Of a DNA stretch of 64,000 nucleotides, positions 37,460 through 49,834 are shown piece after piece (positions within the stretch are counted from its first letter, which is position 1; every line of letters starts with the position of its first letter). The translations under genes were made by a program, and so were the position numbers. The notes below the pieces were generated by a model. That model was not told the origin of the DNA and did no database searches. It worked only from the letters and a program-made list of their open reading frames with translations. Source of the DNA: Octopus bimaculoides (taxonomy: Eukaryota); assembly GCF_001194135.2 (NCBI RefSeq), contig NC_068994.1, forward strand, positions 39,396,963 to 39,460,962, in the 5' to 3' direction.

Positions 37460-39870
37460 TGATGATGATGATGATGATATTCAGTAATGTCAAAGGAAAT
37501 CAAATATGACAGATGAAAATTAAATCAGTTCAGAATAAAGATGGCTTCATTATTATTGCCTAATTACTCAACATAATAATCTAATTTTGAAGTGCTCACA
37601 ATATGTGGGAGCCCTTCCATTTCTGATAATACTTGGCAAGGTGTAAGCAAAGCTTGCATCATCTTCATAGATAATTTATGCAACCCCTTCCATGTGAATA
37701 TTTATTTTTGCTATTTCTTTTGACACTTCTAAAAATCAATGTTCATGGATGCTTTTCCTTTCATATTGCACTAAGCATTTCAAATGTAATTCTAATGCTA
37801 ATGATCAGAGGAACTGTACTTTGTATCTTTATATTTTCACTTCAGTTTATCCAATGGATCATTGCTTTCAGAAACTGTAATCTAGTATCAACATTTTTTA
37901 CTACTGTTTCTGTTTATAGGTGTCCAAGAAGTATGCGATCAAAACAGATTCTAGCTCATATTAAGTCAGTATCCGTTTTCAATGATGATGAATGACAATT
38001 GTGACATTATATGTCTATAAGGTAACATAAATAGTAAAGTAAGTGCTAACAGATTTAATGTTACTATACTTATATCAATGGGAGGTAAACATCATTAAAC
38101 AAAAATTAAATGAAGCAAAAACAAGCAAGGACAATATAACATTTAAAAAAAATTGTTTCATATACTAGAGTTATAATTAATTAGAAATGAAAACATGCAA
38201 TGTTGTTAGTGGAAAAATAGATTGATCTTTAGCAGACAGCGTTATGCTTCCATATCTGATTCAGTCTTATTAAACCTCCTTCGCAAAAGATACTTAATCA
38301 CAGTTTGCTAGTTCAGTAGATTTAGAGAAGCATTTATATATACAGAAATTGTACATACACAACTGTGACAAAACAACATAAAGGCTATGGAACATAACAA
38401 AGGGTCCTCATGTAGATGGAAAACATATATTGAGGTATGCTTGAACATACTTAATGTGACCAGCAGGGTATAAAATAGAATATGTTACTTAGTAAAAGAT
38501 AGATTTTGTATGTAGAAAATAGATTGTATCTTATCTGCAACTTACTAAAATTGATATAACAACTACTCAAAAATAAAAGAAATCAATATACCAATAAAAA
38601 CAATTTTGGCATTTAAAGAGACAATGGCTGATCATTATTATTGGAATTTATTCAGTGACAACTTTAAACTATTGACAATGGCAATATTTCAGACTTGGCT
38701 GTAATTTTTGAAACCCAAAGCAATAACATTCTCTTTCGAAATGTTTAGTACTGTGAGGTCAATGTTCTAGATAAATTCCAAAAGTATTGCTTCATTAAAA
38801 AAAATATATTCATTGTGATACTACAAATAATAAGATCTAATCCAAGATCTCAGACATTTCTAATTATAATTTATATTGTTAGATATTTCTTTTTGCATAC
38901 TCTTGAAATCTCTCTCAATTTAACTCTCAAATGATTAGGTGCTGCATACTATCTCAAAATAACCATTTGTGCAATGATTAGAAACCATATACTGCATCAT
39001 ACATTTTTATCAATACATAATTCTGCTTAAGTTATACAGGGGAAACAACTCATTTTATTATTAGAATGGCTTCCTGTAATTTAAAATGTGTGGGATTTTT
39101 ATATTGTTTATGAATATTTTTCATAACTAGCCACACAAATAAGCAAATTTTAAAACCTCATACTCCTATAAATTTTAATATGCCAAAACACATCCCACAC
39201 CTGATAAAAAGTGACATTTTTATTGAACTGTTTAAAAGATAAACAGTTGGAATTCAGCAGATGACTTACCTGAGTAAAGCTGGGAGGGAAAAAGCATAAA
39301 TATGTGCATTTTATGTTTCTACACATCTTTACCCTATTCCTAAATTTCACATTCAAACTTCTAATCCCACCAAATACTATAAAGAAATGATTATGTTCCT
39401 TGAATTTACTGTCCACTTGGAATCCTTTTTGTATGGAAATATATTTTAATATGTCAAATAAGAACCATCAAATGAAAGATAATAAAGAAAATAGCAACCA
39501 AAATGGAGGATATGATAGAAAATAGATAATATAATCTAAAGTAACATCAGCTGGTTAAGACAGCTGATGACTTTCACTACAATAAATTTTGTAAAAAAGT
39601 CTATTTTTACCATGTGTCTGTGTATGGTTCATGAAACACTTAGAAGGATTTAACAGCTGTTATTGCAAGGAATCTGGTACACATGTTTCCAACAACCAGC
39701 TTTACAGACACAATAGAATACATAGTAACAATTCTTCATTTTACATCTGTTTTTCCACACAGGCTGGTTTGGATGAAGTCTTATTACTGAGTTATTATTT
39801 TACAGCTGGATGCCTTTCTTGATACTAACTGTTAACTGCATTTCAAATAAAGTATGTTTTATTCCATATA

Positions 39871-40430
39871 TAGGGTGTCCCAAAAATTTGACACCATTTC
39901 ATCAACTAATAACATGAAAGATTTTTGTCCAAATTGTCTCAAATTTTAGCAGTATGTCTAGAATTCAATACATTTTAAAAATAAGATCTTTTGTACGTTT
40001 TTCTTTTCAGGATTAGACATGCCATTTACTGCAACAGAAAAAGTGTTTTGTACATTGAAGTACACTCAAACTCAGTCAAATGTGAATGTGCAACATATAT
40101 TTGTTAAAAGATTTCATAAACAAGCACCAACAGAGAAGCAGATATGGATGTGGCATAAGAAATTTCAAGAGGAGGTCTGTTTGAGTCAGAAAAAAAGGAT
40201 CTGGACAGCCAGCAGTTTTAGAAGAGATGATGAATCAACTCTGGGAAATGCTTAGTCAGAGTCCAAAGAAATCTGTATGAAGAGCAAGCCTGAAAACCTG
40301 GATCCCCCAAGTCAACTGTTTGGTGCGTCATAAGAAAACAATTGCAGCTGACCCCTTACAAGCTTCAGTTTGTGCAGACATTAAAGACAGTTGACAAGCA
40401 AAAGCATAAAGCATTCTGTATGATATGCAA
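39871..40430 (+). mobile_element. Tc1/mariner transposon, 5' half (N-terminal HTH transposase pseudogene)
   Basis: End ta-gggtgtcccaaaaa; ORF 40019-40255 MPFTATEKVFCTLKY...KQIWMWHKKFQEE; downstream broken frames SPKKS...LQLTPYKLQFVQTLK. Confidence 0.85.
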
Positions 40431-41119
40431 AAGTAACTTGAAGATGTTACATATAGCTGCAAACTATTTAAGCCATAAAAATCCTCTAAAATCCTCAGTA
40501 CAGAGATAATACTTAAACTTACTACAGCATCATCTTCAGATCCATAGTTTTCTTTCAGTTAACCCTGATTGTAGTTTGGCTCCTGATAAATTCAGGGACT
40601 TTGTTCATAAGGTACTATTTTTATTTCATTTTCCTGTTCCTGTTTATTTTGTACAACAATAGACATCACCAAGGCACACACATACGCACACACATGCATG
40701 CACGCATATGCTCAAGTGATAGGTTTCCACACAGTTTCTGTCAATCAAATTCCTCTCATAGGTTATTGGCTAATCTGGGGCTATGGCAGAAGATGCCCAA
40801 AGTGGTGTACATTTGGGCTGAACCCTGAATATATATGATTGTGGATCAAACTTCTTAATCATATAGCTATACGTATGCTTGAATGCTTTAAACTCTGTCA
40901 TTAACAGAAATAGCCCTCTTTGTCACTTTCATCACTAAGAAGCACTTTCCTCCTCTTGAAAAACCTCTTCCATTTCCATAAAGGGCTGCTCACAGTGTAA
41001 GAGATGGGCATTCAACACTGCCAATCTGCTTTTGTCTTTGGTTTCTATTTGTGGTCAGTAGCCTCAGTAAATCTAACATTGTCCATTGACAGGTCATCAT
41101 CTTCATTACTTTTAATGTA

Positions 41120-41410
41120 CAATTTTCTATACTTGCCTAGGTTGGACAGAATTGATTGAGGCAGATTTTCTATGGCCAAATACCCTCCCTATCACCAACC
41201 TGGAGGTGTTTTCAAGAAGGCAATGTTTCCCCATGGTCAGATATGTCTCCATGGAAGATTGGAAACAAAGGATATCACTTGTATTAAGATAACATTGTTC
41301 ACAACTATCATATGAAGTCAATGGCAAGAAGACTGTAGCACATACAAACACACAATTATACACGTGCTCGCATGTACACATGCATGTATGCACACATACA
41401 CACACACACA

Positions 41411-41457
<47 letters not shown>

Positions 41458-41610
41458 CACACACATATACAATGGGCTTCTTTCAGCTTCTGACTATCAA
41501 ATCCAAATTCAAGGTTTTGGTCAACCTGGGTCTCTACTAGCATAAGACACTTGCCCAAAGTGAGACTCAAACTGAAATGATATAGTTGGGAAACAAGCTT
41601 CTCCACACAT
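41120..41610 (-). mobile_element. SINE family B variant with RTE-like tail
   Basis: Reverse head at 41520-41610, (CA)n, tail ggttggacagaatt...ccctccctatcacc. Confidence 0.65.
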
Positions 41611-42290
41611 GCTACCATGCCTTAACACATGTTACTTCACTATGAAATACATCCCAACCACACATATACACACACAAGAAATATCTGATATTTGAAAAGC
41701 ACTGTTAACAGAAGCATACCTTACCAGTGAACTTAGTTGAATTATGTTGAATTAGTGCATTATGGTTCATGGCAAAAACATAGATGTGTAAGTATGGAGT
41801 TTGCTTCCTAACTACATGGCTTTGAGTTCCATTTCAGTGTGACATCATGGTCAAATATCTCCCTCTATAACTCCAGGCAGACCAATACTTTAATATCTTG
41901 TAAATGGAATTGTTAGGTGGAAACAGTATGGAGAGCTGTTGCTTGTGTGTGTGTGTAATATACAAACATACATATGTGTATATATATATATATGTATACA
42001 CACACACACACATGCACGTGAACACACACGTTTTTATATTTATACATAGATATGTATATAATGAACTAATTGTATACAGTGTTCAGGTGCACAACAATTC
42101 ATCAGTAAAAGTAACAAAATGCACATGAACAGTACATAGAATATGTTCAGGAAGTGAACAGTGAACAAGTCTTAAAATTAAAAAAAGAAGAAGAAGAAAC
42201 AGGGGTGAGAGGTATCAGGTGTATTTTTGGCAAATATCAGGAAGGATGGAAGTTTTGAAGGATGTAGTGTCTTGACAGTTATGTATGTTT

Positions 42291-42327
<37 letters not shown>

Positions 42328-43573
42328 TTGCATTATGTGCATGTGAGAATATGTATGTATGCTTGTGAATGTTTACACTTCATATGAATAAAACAGTGAC
42401 ATTTTGTTGACATACCCTGTTAACAAATCATGTTGATGCTCATTGTTTTTGGAAGATAAATGAATAAATAATTCCAGATTTGTAAAACAGGTGAAGGAAA
42501 GCAACAGGGAAGATATCTTATGGTAAAATAATTTCACAATAAGTTTCCATCTAACCCATGCTAGGACTGAAAAATGGATGTAAAACGGATAATTTATTCA
42601 CCCTAGAGACAATACGTTGGTTTCCAACTTTCCCAAGATTTCCATAAATATCAGAAAATGAAAATTGAGGCATATTTCAGTTTCTTTTCTTTATTGCTTT
42701 ATTCTGAAATTCATAAAAGTAGATTGATTAAATTCTTATAAACCATAAAGTATGAATGCTCAGAAAATATCATTTTACACTTGCTTATTTGCCTCTCATG
42801 ACACAGAAAATAACTGACTAAGGAGTAGAAAAGAAGATGATAGGGAAACAACTCTATTTCAAAACAAAACAAAAAATATATATATATAAATAACGTTAGT
42901 AACAAATGGCTTGAAATAACAAGAGCAGATAAACATACGTGTATAGCTATCTTTCTATCTACCTATCTATCTATCTATCTATCTATCTATATATATATAT
43001 ATCTATATATATATATATATTATATATACATCTAGAGAGAGAGAGAGAGGGGAGAGAGAGAGAGGGGAGAGAAAGTGATAGACAGAAAGATGTGTATATA
43101 TTTACATATATATTATACATATACATGCATGATACACATATAACATGTATTATATGCATGTATCTATGTATTTGTATTGTATAAGCACATACACAAACAC
43201 ATATATACAAACACACACACACACACACACACACATACATATATNNNNNNNNNNNNNNNNNNNNNNNNNNNNNNNNNNNNNNNNNNNNNNNNNNNNNNNN
43301 NNNNNNNNNNNNNNNNNNNNNNNNNNNNNNNNNNNNNNNNNNNNNNNNNNNNNNNNNNNNNNNNNNNNNNNNNNNNNNNNNNNNNNNNNNNNNNNNNNNN
43401 NNNNNNNNNNNNNNNNNNNNNNNNNNNNNNNNNNNNNNNNNNNNNNNNNNNNNNNNNNNNNNNNNNNNNNNNNNNNNNNNNNNNNNNNNNNNNNNNNNNN
43501 NNNNNNNNNNNNNNNNNNNNNNNNNNNNNNNNNNNNNNNNNNNNNNNNNNNNNNNNNNNNNNNNNNNNNNNNN

Positions 43574-43642
<69 letters not shown>

Positions 43643-44489
43643 GTATGTGTGTGTATGTGTGTGTATGTGAGTGTGTGTGTTTCCGAATATGCGTCGATAC
43701 CATAAAAAAAAATAATATACGGAATTATAAATCAAAAACAATAAAAATCAAGAAATCTCTTTTTTGACAATGAAATGAAACTAAGGAATATGCAATAAAT
43801 CAAAGAAGGTATAGAAACTATTTTAGTGAGATGAGTATAGAAAGTGATGGTATAGTATTTTAATGGCGCGGATTTAGATGCTTTACAATTTTATGGCTTC
43901 AACATAGCATTAGAATTGAAAATATCCAAAATACTTGGCATTTTGCAAATAGCAATATTTGATAGTGAATAGATTATGGATTGGATTTTTGCAGCTTGCC
44001 AAGACTCATGACACATAATCAAATGGTGGTGAATGAAATGATAAAGGAGCAGTGGAATAAGAGATTCAGCAACAATATGTAGCTGTATTGGCAGGGATCA
44101 TATATCTTGAAATTGGCATGCATACTGCAATTTGAAATCTAGCTAGCTTGAGGACATCGTTTAAATGTCCTTTGTGTTTGTCTTCAATTGTTTTTGTTAT
44201 TTTAGTCTAGTTCTTGTAGAATATATCATGAAGTACATTTTGTGTATGTAAGTATGTATGTATGCTTCACTCGAACATATACACATGCATGCGAACAAAC
44301 ATACATATGCATGCACACGCAAGTTCAACTATTAGAAGGTAGAAAAATATAATGGCAAGCATAGATTTTTGCATGATATAGTTGCACATAGAGACTAAAC
44401 TGAATAATTGCAAACACATTCTGGAATGAAACATAATAGAGATTGAAAATATCTTTGAAATAATACATATGTGCATATTCACACACACA

Positions 44490-44555
<66 letters not shown>

Positions 44556-44761
44556 CATAGATATATATGATATATATATATATATATATATGTATGTGTA
44601 TATATATACATGCATATATATAACATGCATATACACATGTATATACTAGTGTAGCACATCAAAGATGCTGGTGGGGTTTATTTCTGCCTCCACCTTTTTG
44701 TTATTTCCTCACATCTAGTTTGATATAATACATCAATCTCCCTCTTTCACTATCTCGATTT

Positions 44762-44770
44762 CTCTATCTG

Positions 44771-44820
<50 letters not shown>
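44762..44820. repeat. (ATCT)n microsatellite in a pyrimidine-rich tract
   Basis: Direct observation. Confidence 0.9.
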
Positions 44821-46308
44821 ATTTTCTCTAAAATTCATTCACTCTCTATACCACTGTCATTTTCAGAAATTATCTCTCTATTTCCCTTTCACTTCCATAT
44901 AGTTTTATCTTTCTTGTTTCCACCTTATCTCTCTTACTTGTGCCATCTCTTCCCCTGCACTCTCTCCTTTTCTTTACTATTGCTCTTTATCTAACTATCT
45001 TTTCAGGTAACTACCTCCCTCACACGTTGCTGACTCCCAGTATTCTGCTATGAATATGACTGTCAGTAACTCACTTAGGTATTAATCTATTTAATTCACC
45101 GGCCAATATATTCCTATACTTTCATCTCTATCAGTGCAGCAACCACTGTTTTCCCCTTCTAGAGTATGACAAATAGAGGCAAGCAGAGCAGCAAAAATTT
45201 TGAACCAAAAATTAATGTATTATATAGTAAAATGTATATGTATATGACACAGTCCAGTTTCACACAAAAATTGTTGTTTAGCCTAGGATCAAACCCCAGA
45301 ATTTGAACAGTAATTCACATGCTACATAAAAGCAAGGTCATCACCCATACAAACGGTGTCATTGTTTGCCATTTGCTGTGTAAATTCTTTTTGTGAAGGA
45401 CGGAGGGATATATAATCACTTGAATACAGGTGGAAGTTGGCCACAAAAGTAACATCTGGCTGTAAAAAAATTACTTCAGCAAGATTTGTCTGATACATAC
45501 CAGCATGGAAAAGCAGGTGTTAAAAACAATGAGGATGATTTTATGCAAACTATGTGTATTTAAAATTCTTTGCTGGTCTACCAGTAACAAACTTGTTCAC
45601 CATTATCAAATCACAGCACATTAAGAAATGTGTTCCAATCATTTATATTGCATGAATATACTTGAAACAATCACATGTTCATTCTGTATTCATCAATTAA
45701 TGATTCTGATGGATACCATGTTCTTCATCTTTATTAGAAGTTAATGTCATTTATTCTATAGGAAATATTCATCTCACTTCTCTCCATTCAAGGTGGATCA
45801 TTTGTATGCGTTGGCATATAGTGTGCTTCACTGCCATTTCTAAAAGACAACTTAAAGAACTACAGTGACTTCTTAGACATGACAACCAAATCTTTTTCAA
45901 ATCATGCCCTGCTATCTTCAACAAGACAGAAAACATTGGGGAACAAATATAGTCTTGGATGTACTGTATGGAAATACGAGTGGATAGTCATGGTTTTGAA
46001 TGTGTTTGTTAATAGGGCAGCTTGATTAGTGTTGACTTTGGGTATGACACCTAAAGCAACAATCCTTATATACATCTCATCAAGTTTTATACATAAACAG
46101 AAAAAAAGATATGTATATGTTGACTATGACAGTTTCTAAGCTAAATTTTCTTTGTACATATATTATGAGAAACATGGCTATATGTCTAGTTAATAAATTT
46201 AATACTGGATTTTTCAAAATCTCTACAGTCTTATAAAGAATGAATGAAGCAAGCACAAAAGCTGATGTAAAATTGCTGAAGCAATTCTCATCAATTTTTA
46301 ATCAATAG

Positions 46309-46346
46309 GCAGGAAAACAGCAAGGAATTTGAACTTCACCTATATG
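46309..46346 (+). CDS. Candidate short exon (QENSKEFELHLY or RKTARNLNFTYM)
   Basis: Acceptor tttttaatcaatAG, donor g|GTGACT; the phase 2 to 1 reading joins 54316-54400. Confidence 0.2.
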
Positions 46347-48157
46347 GTGACTAAATGCCTGACACACAACTAATTTATGGAGTGCTTTACCCATAACACT
46401 CATATGAACATAACTTGCATAAATATAGACATTTCTGACTTTAAACATCCAAATGCTGTCATTTATTTATGAATGTTCTATCAAAAAGAAAAAAGAAAAA
46501 ACTTTGATAATGAAAGTAAAAAAAAGAAATTAATATATTGGATTGGCAAATGAATTTAGAAGCTTTATTTCTTTTATCATCTATCTAGTATCAAAAATAA
46601 TATCATTTTTGAAAATCTCAGCATTAAAGAAATGATTGTGTGCATGCATGTGTGTGTGTGTGTGTGTGTAGGAATTCAATAATGCACATTCTGTCAAAAT
46701 TTTATACTAAATTGTAAAATCACTGCTTCTGTTGATAAATAAATATACTCGGAGACTCCTAAGAGTAAATATTTTGGTAAATAATGTCTAAGTTTAGAGC
46801 TTCTTAATTAACAGCTTCTCAATATTGATTACTCATCTATATACATCAGTTAATGTAGATAGTCACTGATTCCTCATTTTTCCACAATCTCTAGACAGAT
46901 AAAACAGTCATTTATAGCTTCTTATCACACTTGTAAACAGGACTGAGTTTGATTCACGAATCTCTGTTAACATGAAAATTTGAGTGTGGTAATGTATCTT
47001 CATAAACACCAACATACATACATGCATACATACATAATACATGCATGCATGCATACATACATACATACATTACCCCAAAATATATGTACTTATGCCAACA
47101 TTACCCCCTTGATTCAAATGGAAGAAAATCATAGATAACAGGGAATACATTTTTTATATAATATTAATAATGTCAAATGAGTCCTCATTATCCCCAAGAA
47201 TTTCATTTTTATTGAACTTGGGGTAATTTATCCCAGTTTGCCCACCCACCCCTGGTCTAGGGCTATAGTAGAAGACACTTGCTTGAGGTGCGATACAGTG
47301 GAACTAAACCCAGAACTAAGTAGTTGGGGAGCAAATTTCTTAACCACACATCCATTTTTGCACATATAACATATATAATAACATAGTTTAATAATTAACT
47401 AAATATTCCTTACACATGTTTGTTCTAAATAGAATAAAAAAATTTTAAATCATAAGTATTCAATATAGTCTTCATTTCATATTTCATTAAATAATTGTGG
47501 ATGGGTGTTTGTGGAGAAGGGAATATAATAATGTGTCATAGAAAAAGTGAGCATTTTCATATCATTAAATCTATGTTAAGTAAAAAAAAAAAAACAGAAA
47601 GAAATTTTCATTGAATTTAAAAAGTACAGTACATTTCCTTACATTCTAATCAGTTTAACTCCTTATGAGTTATGTGAAAGAAAATCATATGTATTGCTTA
47701 ATTTTGATCGTGTGATTATTCTAAGAAAATTTAGCAAAATGAACAAGCTTTTCTTTTAAAATTTTAATTATCACATATATATAATTTAACACACATACAT
47801 GCTAAGATAAATACATACACAAACATACAAACTCATACACATGTTCCATGCAAACACTTACACACAAATATAGATATCTCTGTGTTATGGAATCACTGCA
47901 TCCTGAAATTCTTGCAATGATTTTAGAAATCCATGATGAAAATCATATTTTCCCATTGACTTCTACATTATAAATTCTTATGCATTCTGAAGAATTTTAG
48001 TATTTTTTTCAGAAAATACAATCAATCTTATGCATGGAAATAATAATTTTAAAATGTTAATACACTAAGTACACAATGCATTCATTAAAAATATCACTTG
48101 AAGTGAAATATATAAGTGGATAAATAAAGTACATTAATATTTGGTAGGGGTTAAAAG

Positions 48158-48372
48158 GGTAGCAAGCTGGCAGAATCGTTAGCTCACCGGGTGAAATGCT
48201 ACTGATATTTTATTCATCTTTCTGTTTTGAGTTCAAATTCCACTGATGTCAACTTTGCCTTTCATCTTTTTTGGATCAATAAAACAAGTACCAGTTGAGC
48301 ACTGGAGTTGATATAGTTGTCTTAACCTCCCCCCCCCCACTGAAATTGCCCTCATGTCAAAATTTGAAGTCA
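48158..48372 (+). mobile_element. SINE family A
   Basis: gcaagctggcagaatcgttagc...gagttcaaattcc; flanking direct repeat tatttggtagg. Confidence 0.85.
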
Positions 48373-48526
48373 GTATTTGGTAGGTTATGTTCTGATCACA
48401 AAAAGTGTTGACTACATTGGCAAAATGTAGCTGTGTTATTATTTTGAATGCAAAAATGAACTGGGTGGACAAGAGATATTAAAAGATGGAAACAGTAAAA
48501 TGTGCAAAGAAGTAATACTTGGTTAA

Positions 48527-48745
48527 CCCTTTAGAGTTTAGGTTATTCTATCAAATGTAATGCTTATTGATTCACATTGGTTTGAATTAATCATACATTA
48601 TCTGATATCCTTGAAATTTCGATGATGTGATTGTTTAATGAATAAAAACATTGTAGGGTAGGTGTGAGAGTCTGGATCTGGTCAGTTTGAAAATAATACA
48701 AATGGAAAATTTTGGCTGGATAGGGCCGGTTTAAGTGCTAAGGGG
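48527..48745. mobile_element. piggyBac-type MITE
   Basis: TTAA-ccctttag ... ctaagggg-TTAA. Confidence 0.8.
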
Positions 48746-49513
48746 TTAAAGCTAGTAACAAGACTCCGGTCAGTTGAATTAGCATGTACTCAAACAAAGC
48801 TGAGCTAGAGAAAGGAATGAGAAGATGTGGATAAGAATTCTGAGAGCAATAAAACAAGGAAGAAGAAGATGTGGGTAGGTATGTTGAAAGCAATGAAACT
48901 AAAAAAAATTGTTGGAGAAAAAAATCAATAAATTTAAGAATTGGCTTAGTAGGCACTATGCAACAAGGTCCCTCAGAGAATGGAAATGAAAATAACAAGT
49001 GGTATGGCAGCATGTACTGAAAGAAAAGAAAATATTTTGATACATTTATATGCATCACAATTTCAGCTTGTTAGGATTTACACAAATTTCCTTACAGGTG
49101 GAATTATAGGTACCTATATTCAGAAATGTGTGGTTTGTAATTTTAAAATGTCCATAAGTGCAAAATTGTGTAATAAGAGTTTCCATAATTTAGAGAATTC
49201 TTGTATGTGTGTTTGTGAGCAAATACGTGTGTGTGTAGTGCTTTGTTCTACATAGCTTTTATATGTGTATGTGTGTGTGTGTTTATTGGTATAGGTAAAT
49301 GGAATTTTGTGTTGTGTATATGCATATAAATGAATGTATATTTATATTTATATATATATTCACGGTGGTGCACCAGCATGACCGCAGCCACTTGGCTGAA
49401 ACACATAAATAAATAAATAAATAAATATATATTCAGATGAATATGGTACTTAAGTTGAGGCACCAGAATTTAGTACGCTATTATCCATACAATTTCAAAA
49501 TAAGGTGATTAAA

Positions 49514-49834
49514 ATCAAAATAAGCAACAAGGATATCCAGAGGTAATGCAGTACGATCGTTCCACACAACTCTATTTAATTGAACAATGCAACCATTACA
49601 TCAATGTAAATGCAGGGCAATCCTCAGCTGCACAAAGACATAGAATTTAATTAAATTAAAACAGATGGACACAGTATAATTTTACTTAAAATCTCCAAGA
49701 AGTTAAGGAGATAGACAAAGGACATGCTACCTTCACTTCAGCTTAGATGTAATGGTTGCATTGTTCAATTAAACGGAGTTGTGTGAAACGATCGTACTGC
49801 ATTACCTCTGGATATCCTTGTTGCTTATTTTGAT
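49514..49834. mobile_element. 321-bp fold-back element with 89-bp inverted termini
   Basis: Arms 49514-49602 and 49746-49834 match at 86/89; ends ATCA...TGAT. Confidence 0.9.
49546..49633 (-). ncRNA. Hammerhead-like motif with enlarged domain II (degenerate)
   Basis: gtgcag-CTGAGGA-[~57 nt]-GgAAC-gatc-GTA-ctgcat; the opposite arm keeps the unmutated GAAAC-gatc-GTA. Confidence 0.45.

Noticed and set aside
39263-39273. acttacctg resembling the U1 snRNA 5' end
   Set aside because: No further U1 sequence; it is simply the complement of a splice donor.
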